A DNA stretch of 64,000 nucleotides from the human T2T-CHM13v2.0 reference genome, Homo sapiens. The notes beneath the pieces are model-generated. The model worked only from the letters and a program-made list of their open reading frames with translations, did not search any database and had not been told where the DNA came from. Positions 14,965-28,830 of this stretch are shown here, piece by piece (within the stretch, counting starts at the first letter, position 1; each line of letters begins with the position of its first letter). The DNA lies in the NCBI RefSeq assembly GCF_009914755.1, contig NC_060931.1. One strand, 5' to 3'. The translations under genes and the position numbers were made by a program.

Positions 14965-15085
14965 AGAAAGCCATTTGGAAGTAAACATAGACTTGAATCC
15001 CAGAGCTGTTAATGAAACTTTAGGCATGCCGCATAGCCTTTCTGTTCCTCAGTTTCCTTATGTAGAGAGATTAAATGACCTATTA
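14965..15085 (+). mobile_element. MIR fragment
   Basis: gacttgaatcccag..ctttaggca..tctgttcctcagtttccttatgta. Confidence 0.6.
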
Positions 15086-15201
15086 TTTAAATCGATGCTC
15101 TCCAGTGTCTTCTTGGGTGATGAGTGAACTGTCTCTGTAAAACCGAGTGTCTTTTTTTCTCTCTTGTTGTGTGTGTGGTGGGGTGAAAGGCTCTCTGCAG
15201 A

Positions 15202-15220
15202 ATGCTGCTAGAGGGCGCCG
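15202..15220 (+). promoter_or_regulatory. Candidate CTCF motif
   Basis: atgctgctagagggcgccg resembles the CTCF core CCRCYAGRKGGCRS and retains CpGs in a locally GC-rich patch. Confidence 0.45.
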
Positions 15221-15717
15221 CAGCCTCTCAGGCACTGTGGGGGAGCTGTGATGTCAGTCTGGGGCAACCCAGAGGAGCAGGGCAGGAGGCGATGGAGGGT
15301 GATGCACCCTGGGCACTGGGAGAGCAGCCTGGCGGGGGCTCAGGTGCCAGGGAGACCAGTGCTTGAGAAATGCTCCTGCGAACCTCCCTGGGTCCCAGTC
15401 TGGGCCACACACTGCTCCTTGTTTTTTTGTTTTTGTTTTTAATAATTTTATATATTGTGGTATAATACATATGACATAAAACTTGCTATTTTAATCATGT
15501 TTAAAGATACAATTACAATTGTAAAGATTAATTGTAATCCCATTGTTGTGCAAACCTCACTACTATCTATTTTCAAAAGTTTTTGTCATTCCAAGAAGAA
15601 ACTGTGTACACGTCAAGTGACATCTCTCCATGTACCTCACCCCCAGACTTGGAAACCTCTAATCTGCTTTATGTCTCAATGAATAGACAGAAGGTTCTAA
15701 TCAGAATGTTCTAATCA

Positions 15718-15829
15718 GTATACCTATGGGATATACCCATAGGTATACCCATATCCCTATGGGATATACCCATAGGTGTACCCATATCCCTATGGGATAT
15801 ACCCATAGGTGTACCCATATCCCTATGGG
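15718..15829. repeat. 33-bp palindromic minisatellite, ~3.3 copies
   Basis: Unit ccctatgggatatacccataggtgtacccatat. Each copy has the stem cctatggg-atata-cccatagg. Confidence 0.95.
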
Positions 15830-15880
15830 TTTACCTTTGTGGAGGACTTGGAATCAAGCTTTAGAAAAAGGTAAAGAATA

Positions 15881-16020
15881 CATGTGCCATGCTGGTGTGC
15901 TGCATCCATTAACCTGCCATTTACATTAGGTATATCTCCGAATGTTACATATGTATACATATGTAACAAACCTGCACGTTATGCACATGTACCCTAGAAC
16001 TTAAAGTATAATAATAAAAA
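15881..16020 (+). mobile_element. Very short L1PA 3'-end insertion with 5' inversion (twin priming)
   Basis: Inverted 3'UTR segment (catgtgccatgctggtgtgctgc..ggtatatctcc), then forward atacatatgtaacaaacctgcac..ctagaacttaaagtataataa and poly-A. TSD aaaaggtaa(a/g)gaata at 15866 and 16021. Confidence 0.9.
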
Positions 16021-16038
16021 AAAAGGTAAGGAATATGC

Positions 16039-16069
16039 GTGTGTGTGTGTGTGTCTGTCTGTCTGTCTG
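16039..16069. repeat. (GT)n(CTGT)n microsatellite
   Basis: Read directly from the sequence. Confidence 0.9.
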
Positions 16070-16943
16070 CATTAGAAAGAAATAGCTGGAATTGCTAATG
16101 AATAAAAAGAACAGACACTTGAGAAGAGGAAGAAGAAAGGGGGACTGGCTGTGAAGCTTGTTATTATAGTTAAATTACTTTATTATGAGAAGTGAGATAT
16201 ATATTATAAATGTATTTTTTACTTTAACTTTTTCTCTTTCTGGGATGTGAGCACACACATGCCCTATGTTATTAGTCTCTTTTGTTTGACATATGTGCAC
16301 GTATGTGTGGACCCGTGTGAGATTAAAAAAGGGACTAAGTCCCGTGCCTGCCTTGGTTTTCAGCCAAGAGATGAAAACAGCCAAAGCTGTACGGAGAAGA
16401 GATCAGGAGACTGGGAAGTCTACTTAGAGTCAAATAGATCCAACAGAACCCCACATCCCTCCCCCTGCCAAAAAAAGAAATGTAGGAATCAGGTGGATAG
16501 CAATGTGTTCTGAAGTGTGAGATACGTATAAAAATGTGAATGATGATACTGATAAAACAATAATGAGAAGCAGATGAGGTAATATCTGCGAAACTACAAA
16601 GCAAGATGACTACCATATCCTAAGTAATCAGTCACTTCCTCTCCTGCCTTCATTTCCTTTATTTCTCCCCTTTATTTTCAGGTCAATTAACCAGCGAACA
16701 CTCAATACATTCTGCTTGGGTGTATGTAGAGATAGGAAGCTGCCTATAATACAGAGGAAGCCCATTCAACCATTATTTAGCTCCTCCCAGTAGAATGTGT
16801 TTGGTGGAGGCTGCTGGGTTGTTCATCTATCTCTATTGGCTTGTCCTTGGAACTGCTTCTCTTTCTTCTTGGAAAAGGTTTTTTTGTTAGTTTACTTGAT
16901 TGGTTTTTGTTTTTGTTTGTTTGAACATCAATAATTTACTCCT

Positions 16944-17248
16944 GGCAGGGAGTGGTGGCTCACACCTGTAATCCCAGCACTTTGGGAGGCCGAGTTGGGC
17001 GGATCATGAGGTCAGGAGATCGAGGCCATCTTGGCCAAAATGGTGAAACCCTGTCTCTACTAAAATACAAAAGAAAAAAAAAATTAGCTGGGCCTCGTGG
17101 TATGTGCCTGTAATCCCAGCTACTTGGGAGGCTGAGGCAAGGGAATGGCTTGACCAGGGAAGCAAAGGTTGCAGTGAGCTGAGATCGCGCCACTGCACTC
17201 CAGCCTGGCAACAGAGCAAGACATCGTCACAAAATAATAATAATGATA
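16944..17248 (+). mobile_element. AluS element
   Basis: Full dimer. TSD aataatttact(c/t)ct. Confidence 0.95.
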
Positions 17249-19484
17249 ATAATTTACTTCTAATAGAGGCAGAAAGTGTAGGTACTTGCCACTTAGAGTA
17301 TGAGTCACGACACTCGAGGATGTGCACAAGATCCAGTGCAGGCCAACGAAGTTTCCAGAGGCTGCTTTCACAGGAGCCAGAGAGCATTCATCCCTCTTGT
17401 TGGAAAAATGTTGCTATATGAAGCATGATGGCTAATGTTGCCACATCTCCCTTCCCTATGGATGAATGCGGATTGAGAGAACAAACTTGTGTATGTATAG
17501 AGTCCTGGAAAAACCGAAGTTCCTGAAAGCTGTTTTGGCTTTTCTAAGATGTGTAATGAGAGCTCAAAAATACTTCCTTTTTATTGAAACTCGTTCTATT
17601 TGGCATTCTATGTTTGCAACATAAGTATCTGAGCTTTTATCATATCAAAATATACATTTTCCATTTCGGTTCCTTGTACTTTGATTCTGGCAGAATGATT
17701 TAAGCCATGCTTGAATTTGCAATTCTGTTCAGTAGTCAGTCATTCCAATATTCCTGACAGTAGTGACTTAACCTTTTTCTCCCAAGCTCCTCTAAAAATT
17801 CTTCATATGATATAGATTACAAATGGTTACCGTCCTAGGAAACCTGTTTTTGTATTTGATATGTCAATGTCTCAGATCTTGTCCACATACTTTCAAAGGC
17901 TGCTCCGCTCTAGCTTCCCTTTAGATTTTGGATTGTAGCCTTTGTTTCTTCTCTACCACTCTCCCTCTGTGATCTCATTCCTGGCCCCTGACTTTAGCAA
18001 TCATAAAAAAAGATCCAAATTTATATTTAGATTTTTTAATTGACTTCCAAACCAATACAGTTTGGCTACTAAATATCATCTCATGAATCTTTTAAATTCC
18101 AAGTCTGAAATAAAATTTGCTGTATTTATTTTTCCAAATTTTCTCTATTCCTGAAGTCATGGGGTTGGTAAATTATTACCTGTTATCCACCAAGTCACCC
18201 AGTATCAGAGCGCCAAATAAGGCTAGCTTTTCCCAACCAGGTTCCTTATCTGAATCACAGAACAAAGGAAATTATTTGAATCACAGATCAAAGGAAATAC
18301 TATTTTAGCTCAGTCATAGCCTTCTAAAAATTTCTGTTTTTGTTGAACCTACCAAGGATTATTGTTTTAAGAGTAATGTTACTGTGCAAATTCTGAGACA
18401 TTGAAACAATTTGCTCTTGGGTGGAAAGAAATCAAGGTGTGGTCTTAGAAGCTGTCTTACGATGTTTCCAAGTCTCTTTTCAATTCATCTGAATTACAGA
18501 ACAAAGGAACTATTTTCTCCATTATTTCAAAGACGGTGAGTAACTATACTCTTCCAGCTGCACAGGATATGTTAGTTAATTGCACACAATAAGTGTCTTA
18601 AGACACTATGATGTAATCTGTTATGGAAACCTGACTACCAATACTTTTATTACCCTAAGTGTTCTTTTATTATTTCACGTCTCCTTATTTCCATTGCCAA
18701 AACTTTAGTTTGGCAAATATAATAAGTTTCTTGAATTATTGAAATGATTTGCAAAATAATCTCCCTGCCTTATATCTTGCCCTCATCATTTATCAGCATG
18801 TTATGTCTAAACTAAAATTGCCTGTCCCCTCACAAATCCTTCAATAGCTCTATAAAGGAATAAAATGATCTTGAGACATGCCCACCCTGTGGTAATGCTT
18901 CATGGCTTGCTTGGTTTCATCCTGTGATGCTATCTTTTAAAATATTGCCTGAAATGAAAGCATACCTCATGTGATGAGAAAAACTTTTCACCCAAAACTT
19001 TAAACTCACAATTGTAAATATTCTTTGTCAAGACTTTTGCTTTAAGTTTCTATAGTCAACTAAGTTGATATCTGTTTTTAGGTAAATATTTTTAAGATTT
19101 AAGATTTCCAATAAAGCACAAAGATTTACACTATTCCATGTGATGGAACAAAAATTTAATGGATTAACAACTCTTGAGGCCATACCCCCTATCCTTGATG
19201 TGAGGATCAGAACTCTGAGAGCCGACATTTCCCATGCCAACCCCACTTGGGGGGACCACATTGAAGAGAGACTTGGAACTGTCCTAGAGACAGCTTCTAA
19301 GACCTCACCTTGATTTTTGTCTTCCCAAGTGAAAAGAGTTTCATAGTGTCAAAATTTAAGCAGTAAAACAGTCTGAAATCAATAATCATTGGTAGGTTTA
19401 ACAAAAGCAGAAATTATTAGAAGGCTATGGCTGAGCTAAAATAAGTAAAGGGATAGTTGAAGACTTAGGCTTAGAAAATGATTA

Positions 19485-21118
<1,634 letters not shown>

Positions 21119-22184
21119 AAAATGATTAGGAAACCAGGGAATCCGGCCTCGGGCACAGAACCAGCCTGGACAAGGGACAATGGCTGTCACTGCTGCCCCC
21201 TCATCAAGGATACTCCACTACCACTTGCTACTGGACATTGGTTACTCACTCCCCTGACAACAGAAGGAATTCCAAACAACCCAAGCTCCTTTCCATATTA
21301 GTCCTGGATGGGATGTTCTATCCCAGAACTTCCATTTTGTTCAACTTCAGTTATGTGCCCATGCCCTAGCTTCCAGGTATCAAGGAAAGCTAATATTTGA
21401 GGGGCTTTTTCAGAATGGGAACAATCACCCTTCCTTCTACTGAGTGGCATACAATTTTGGATTTCGAAGAAATACAGGGGTTCTATTGCTAAAGAGAAAA
21501 AAAATTAAATATCCTCAGTAGTTTACCTCTTTTAATGAAATATCCACCTATACAGTTATTTCCATACTGACCACCCACTCATACATTTCCTCCAATTAAC
21601 TTCAAGGTAACTTCTTTCCTTCCGTCACCTCCTCCCAAAAGCAGACCCTGGTTATCCTAAGTAACTGTCTCCATAACCGGGCAGAGAGTCTTGGAGTGAC
21701 CTTCATTTTTTTATCTATATGTACTATTACCTCATCTCAATACCCAGAAAATATTTCATGGTGGGAGTTGAGGAAATATTATCAGATTTAGGGGACATTC
21801 CTTCCCACTTTGACCTTCATATTTCTCTGTTACTCAATTCCCAGGAATTAGGACTTGACTTCTCTAGTTTTTCCTCCTCTCCACTTTCCTTCCCAAACCT
21901 ATTCCAAATCAGCAGCATTAACCAAGTTCAATTTAATTTGCAAAATGTTTAATCTTAATATTCTTAGTAATGTACAGATGAATTAAAACAAGTTTATATG
22001 TATTCACTCCAATAAAGAAACTCTTTTCTTCCTTTGAACCCTTTCCCTTTTTTTTTCAGTACAAATTACAGAAGTGAATGTTCTGTGCCTCTTTATATTA
22101 CATTAAATAAGCTCAATGCTGGCACCATTCTTCTTCCAGTTTGGAGAATTAAAATGCTTGTAGTTAATGCTAAAGTATGATGCC

Positions 22185-22565
22185 CCATCAGACAGTGGAG
22201 CTCCTTCCCACAGCTGCTCACCACTCAGGGCCACGTGCCTCCCCAAGAACTGTCCCAGTTTAAAAAGAGCCAATTTGCCAAAGTTACACATCCTCTTCAG
22301 GGACAGCCTCCATCCAATGATAGGTCTATTTGTAGAGTACACAGACTGAGCCTCCTTATCCCAATTCTGCATTTAAGACAGCTGTGGATGCCATGTCAGG
22401 GTCAGGAGTCCACACAGACCTGTTTGTGGCCACTGGATTCCTATCAGCCGCTCTGGCAAACCTGTTTTCTTCATTCTTTTGTAGGTAGCGTTCGTTCTCA
22501 AGAACACTACCAATAGGCTTACTGCATGCTCATGTCCATCTCAAGGTCAGAAACAATCTTAGATC
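22185..22565 (+). mobile_element. LTR33/LTR16-like ERVL LTR fragment
   Basis: gggacagcctccatccaatgataggtc..caataggcttactgcatgctcatgtccatctcaaggtc. Confidence 0.55.
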
Positions 22566-22669
22566 ATAATAGAAAAGGTGGTTGACTTTTTATAAAAATG
22601 TAAAATAATTGTAAGGCTGATGCATTTCTGCATTGAGCTATACTTTTATTATCATTGATGTTATATTGT

Positions 22670-23300
22670 TTTAATGAAAATGGTGAACTCCACCAAATAT
22701 TTAAGAAGATAACACCAATCTTACATTAACTTTGGTAGATAATGTAAAAAGAGGAAATATTTCCCAACTCATTTTATAAAGCCAACATGCTTTCGATACT
22801 GGTGCTTGACAAGCATGTTTTAGAAAACTAAAATTGTAGGCCAGTATTTTTCAAAAGCACAGATGCAAAAATCATAAATAAAACACATCAAATTAAAACA
22901 TATAACAACCATATTTTTCCTGTAATTGTAATTATCAGCATATATGCTGCAGAAATAAGACATATGTGAAGCAAAATCCATGAATAACAATTACAGAAGT
23001 ATTAATTTGACATAGTCAGAAAGTGAAAACAAACAAATGACCATCAACAGAAGAAAAGATAAACAAAATGTGGTATATTTACAAGGGAATAGCATGCGGT
23101 ACTGAAAATAAACTACAGCTGTGTACAACAACATTGATGAATTTCACGAAATAATTTTAAATGAAAGAAGCCAGACTCCAGAGTATATACACTTTTGAAT
23201 CTCCATTTCTGTAGAGTTTTAAAACAAGCACACTTAATCTATGGGTATAGCACTTTGGAAAACCGTGCCTTTGAATAAGAAGCAAGGACTAATGATTGGA
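22670..23300 (+). mobile_element. Old L1M fragments
   Basis: ttcccaactcattttataaagcc; ataaacaaaatgtggtatattt; gaaagaagccagac. Confidence 0.65.
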
Positions 23301-23586
23301 AGACTGTTACATTGCATGCAAAATAAAGAAAATATCCCTACTGATGGAGCTCATCTAGTTGGGGCTGACAGGCAATAAAAGCAAGAAAATAAATAAAATA
23401 TGCAGGTTGTCAGTTAATAATAAGGACTATAGGGAAACATATATGTGTCAGGAACCCAAAAGATATAAAGTATTATGGTGAAGTGGGATGTGAATGGTGT
23501 GTAACTTGCTTGATTCCAATACAATTTTTAGAAAGGACAGAGACCTGAAGGCAGTGAACAGGTAGACCAGTGAAGAGGTCATGGCA

Positions 23587-23867
<281 letters not shown>

Positions 23868-23878
23868 GAGGTCATAGT

Positions 23879-24177
<299 letters not shown>

Positions 24178-24352
24178 TCATGGCAACCATTCAGGCTGGT
24201 AGTGGCTGTATGGGCTTGGACAGATGTGATGATGTTAAGGGATGGAATAAGGAGAAGTAGACAGATTCCAGGTGTATTTGGAAAACATAGGTGATAGAAT
24301 TTGGTGATGGGTTGGACATATAGTGTGAAACAGTAATAAAGAACGAACACAA

Positions 24353-24650
24353 GGCCAGGCGCGGTGGCACACGCCTGTGATTCCAGCACTTTGGGAGGCC
24401 AAAGTGGATGGATAGCTTGAGCCCACGAGATAGAGACCAGCCTAGGCAACATGGTGAAACCCTGTCTCTACAAGAAAATACAAAAAATTAGCCAAATATG
24501 GTGGCATGCGCCTGTAGTTCCAGCTACTCGAAAGGCTGAGCTGGGAGGATCACCTGAGCCCTGGAGGTCTATCAAGGCTATAGTGAGCCATGATTGTGCC
24601 ACTGCATTCCATCCTAGGTGTTGGAGTGAGACCCTATTTTAAAAAACAAG
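24353..24650 (+). mobile_element. AluJ element
   Basis: Dimer. TSD aagaa(c/t)gaacacaa. Confidence 0.92.
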
Positions 24651-26424
24651 AAGAATGAACACAAGATGTGTTTAGCCCGAGAAGCTGAAAAGATAGGGTT
24701 TCCATTTCCTGATGCAGGATTTTGGTTATGGACTTGCATGGTTGGAGTTGCCTACTACTCATACTAATGGAGATGTCAGCAATGACATTGTTTATATGAT
24801 GTGAAACTCAGGTGAGGTCTGGTCTGGGACAAAACTTTGGCAACTATCAGCAAATTTATGTGTTATATTACACTATGGAGGGGATTACCACGGAAAGTTC
24901 AAGAGTGTGAGATACTCCAATCTTAGAGTTCAAGGATATGGAAAAAGACAAGCATATGGGACTAAGAGGAGCAGAAGGTAAAGTAAGAACCAAAAAAATA
25001 AAAACAATAAATATTAAAAATCCAGCATGATGGGCTATCCTGGAAGCCAAGTGAAGAAAACTTTTCACAAAGAACTTTCAAGAAGTATGGAGTGATCAGC
25101 CATGTCAAATGCTGCTGACAGTTCAGTAAGGTAAGGATTGGGAAGTAAGCATTAGGCTTATGAGTCTGGAAACAACTGGTATACCTGATAGGAGTGAATT
25201 TTGTGCATTTGTGGGGTAAAACCCTAAGTGTAATGCATTTGAGAGTAAATGGGGGATAACTCATTGGAGACAGTGAGAATAAATAATATTTTCACAAAAC
25301 TTTCCTGTAAAATGAGCAGTGAGTAAAAGAAGTAGTTAGAGGTGGGCAGAAAAATCTAGAGTTTTTTTTTTTTTTTTTTTTTCAAAATGAGGGAAATTAT
25401 ACTACATTTGCTGATGAAAATTAATGAACATTGAAGGGGAAACTGAGGATTAAGATAGAAAGGAGATAATTTATATGTAATGTTCCTGAGTAAAAGAAAT
25501 AGGATCACAACAAGTATACAGTTTGAAGGGTTGGCTTTGAAAGGAGCACAAGGAATTCATTCCTGGTTACAGAAAGAAAGTCAAAATATCTGACCACAGA
25601 AGTAAATGGGTGATATGGAAGCAGGCTTATAGATATTCTTTTCTGATTACTCTCCTCCTATTTACTTCTCTGTCTTCATCTTCCTGTTCTCTCCCAGTCT
25701 TCCTTCCCTCTTTGCTGTCCTTCAAGTCACTATAACTTCCTCTAATCTCCGTGACTTTTTGCTGATTGTTTTCCATAAATACTTATGGGGCTTAATCTTT
25801 CAGCTTCTGCAAGTTTCTACACATATGTCCCCTTCTCTCTGAGATCTGCTCTGGCCACCGTACAGAAAATGGCAACTCCTTCTTACTTTCATTCCCTGCT
25901 GTATTATTCTCCTTATTATTTAATAGCCATCTAATATATTATACCCTTTACTTATTTAGCTTATTCAATAGCTACTTTTTCCATCATATAGTTGAATGAT
26001 TTGGCCATAACTCTATTCTCCATTTCTCTATTGGGGGAGCAATTGCTATGGGCTGGTCATATTTGGGCATACTATGCCTGGTTTACAATAATTAACCATT
26101 ATTAATAATATACATTTTTGATATTGATTTATTAGCTAAACTATTTCAGGATATAACAGAAATTGAAATGATTCTCAAATATCCAAAAGAGACTAGCTTA
26201 GCATTAACCTCATATGGAAATCAGACAGAAGGAGTACAAATAAAGATATAGACTAATTATACTTATTAATATAAATGTAGAAAACGAAAATAAATTTTAA
26301 TAGGAAAAGAATAATGCTTTATAATAAACTAGATCTTACTTAAAGAATTCAATTTGCATTTCCTCACTAACAAATTAAAAGAGAAAAACATAAAGTTATT
26401 ATCTTCACCACAGATCTTGAAAAC

Positions 26425-27136
26425 TGTATAGAGCACCCTTGACATAACTCACTTCATCTTAGAAAAAGACTCTATTTTGTATGTCATAGGGAACTTTGCC
26501 AACAAGGATTTGATATTTTACTTAATAAACAAATAAAAATATAGAGACTGTATCCAACCAGGTATGAACATAAACAAGCACACTCTTCCACTATCAACCG
26601 TCACCAGATGACTCTGTGGTCATAAAAAGAGCAGGCCTTCAGTAGCTCCAAATGGCCATCTTAATCCACAACTGTTTTGCTCTCACTCATGATAAGAACT
26701 TGGCATCTGCCACTGAAGGCTCTGCCATATCACAGACTCTTCCTTGCAAGACCCACAGAACATATGGCCCAGACCAGAAGACTCTTTTTGTCTTTTTCAC
26801 TCTCCTTGGGCTGGTTTATTAACCCTTTCCCCTATCTCTTTTCTCTTGATGTTAAGTGTTACTTTGTTTGCTGTGGACTGTTTAATCTATAACATTTATA
26901 TGTTGATTAGGTATAACAATATGTGTGGTTTTTTATATTGACTAACTTGGGGAGTGGTTTCAGCCTCTGTGCTCATGGCTCTGACTACCAAGTGAATGGG
27001 AAAAAATTGTGTCCTTAGGAATGCCAGGTAGCTTGTGGCTTTTGTGATTGAAACAGCATCAATAAAAGTCTGACATTTGGAAAGGCACAAATGTACATGG
27101 ATCTGGTGATATATAATCTTGCACCAACTTATGAGA
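26425..27136 (+). mobile_element. ERV1 solo LTR, MER72-like
   Basis: TG start tgtatagagcacccttgacataactc..cttagaaaaagactc; aataaaagtctgacatt near the 3' end. Inserted into old L1. Confidence 0.65.
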
Positions 27137-27675
27137 AAAATTATTTGATAAAATTCGAGATCCATTTCAGATTTAAATATACATATAATCAAACTAGAAA
27201 GATAATTTGATAACTTAAAAGAAACCTACCAGAAACCTACAGCAAACATTGAGCTTAATGTTGGCACATTAAAGGAAACCCTCAGACCAGCATGTTCAAT
27301 GTTGCTGGGGCAATTCAGTAATGAACTGATGATTCCAGTCAGTGCAATAAGATCAAGTCAAACAGTAGACTATAAATCTGAAGAAAAGAAGAAATAAAAT
27401 ATAATTTAATTAGTTAATCAGAGTATCTCCCTAGAGACACAAAAGGGATGGCAAAAACTGTAGGGTACCTAGGGATAATTATAACAAGAGTCTCAAGTTC
27501 TCTACTAAGTTGATTTAAAATTTTAGTCTATATCTTTGTTTTTTAAAGACTGAGGAATGTTTTATCATCTTCAACAATGGAAATACTTAACACTTCAATA
27601 TAACGATTATCTACAAATTGATATTTGAATTCAATTTAATTCCTTTCAAAAAAATTTTTAAGTCTTTATATAGAA

Positions 27676-27895
27676 CATTGGCCAACAAACTATGGCCTGT
27701 GGGCCAAATCTGACCCATTGCCTGATTTCTTAAATTAAGTTTATTGGAACAAAGCCCTGGCTGTTTGTTCAAATATTGCTTATGGCTGTTTTTTGGTACA
27801 ATGGCAAAGTTGAGTAGTTGTAATAGAGACCATATGGTCTGAAAAGTCTAAATATTTACTACATGGCCTTTATAGAAAAAGTTTGCTGATTCCTG
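27676..27895 (+). mobile_element. MER58A-like hAT-Charlie element
   Basis: caaactatggcctgtgggccaaatctg..gaaaaagtttgctgattcctg. 8-bp TSD atatagaa. Confidence 0.85.
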
Positions 27896-28750
27896 ATATA
27901 GAAGAACAAAGACCCCAAATAGGTGAATGTCATTCATAAAAAATAATCATGTATTTAAAACTGCATATATTTTCAAGCACTTAAACAATTAACACTCCAT
28001 CTAGTGTTAATTGTTTAAATGCATAAAAGTATATACTGTTTGATCTCACTAAGAGAAGAAACAGAAGACTAAATCACAGATTTAAGCAAATCTACACCTA
28101 CAGAAAAGAAGGATGTGGAGGTAGTTGCCATTGGAGTACAAGTACATGGGAAGGGGGTGGATTGAAATTTCTATCTTAAATATGTTTTTACTGTTTGTTT
28201 TTTTCTGAACTTATCTCTATTTCAAAAGGAAGATGACAAAAACAGAAAAGTTCAGCCTTTGGATAAGATTTTTGTCTCTTCTCTCTTCCTTCTGGAAGCT
28301 GAATGATCACTATGTAACCTGCCTCTCCCCTTTCCTTAGTGGTATAATCAGAATTATGACAGCTTACTAGTTCTTCACTCCATGCACTAAAGAGACACCA
28401 ACACTCACATCTGGGCCACAGTGCAGAGGCAGAGGCATGGGTAGGCTTGCCGGGGTTGCTGGGGGCAAGTCTTCAGGCCTAATGAGTTTAGGGGGCCTGC
28501 ATGGCTAGCTGTATTCTCTGTCCTCTGGGCTTCTAATTGTATGCTTTGAGGCCAATGCCTCAGTGAAATTTTACAAGTTCTGCTTGCTGTTGTTTCTGGT
28601 GTAGAAATTCCCCTAAGGGATCTCATACAGCTGGGTGTGTCTGGTTCCCAGGGCCAAGTATCCACTCAGTAACTCTTGATTATCACCACACCTCTAACAC
28701 CATCAATAAAGAGCTCTGGAAACCCTTATCTTGTATCAACAAGTAATATA

Positions 28751-28830
28751 ACATACACACACACATATACACACACATTTGTGTGTGTGTATATGTGTGT
28801 GTATGTATGTATGTGTATATGTATGTATAT
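28751..28830. repeat. Inverted (CA)n/(TG)n microsatellite
   Basis: Read directly from the sequence. Confidence 0.9.

Noticed and set aside
15726-15929. ORF with MGYTHRCTHIP repeats, and a CRISPR-like look of the palindromic array
   Set aside because: It is the translation of a 33-bp minisatellite running into L1. There are no unique spacers or cas genes, and the context is a primate genome.
17004-17421. 105-127 aa ORFs, representative of the many Alu-derived ORFs
   Set aside because: Typical Alu translation products with short read-through into flanks.
22936-22949. 14-bp palindrome cagcatatatgctg and similar short dyads (12180, 29362, 30366)
   Set aside because: Arms of 7 bp or so are expected by chance in 64 kb.
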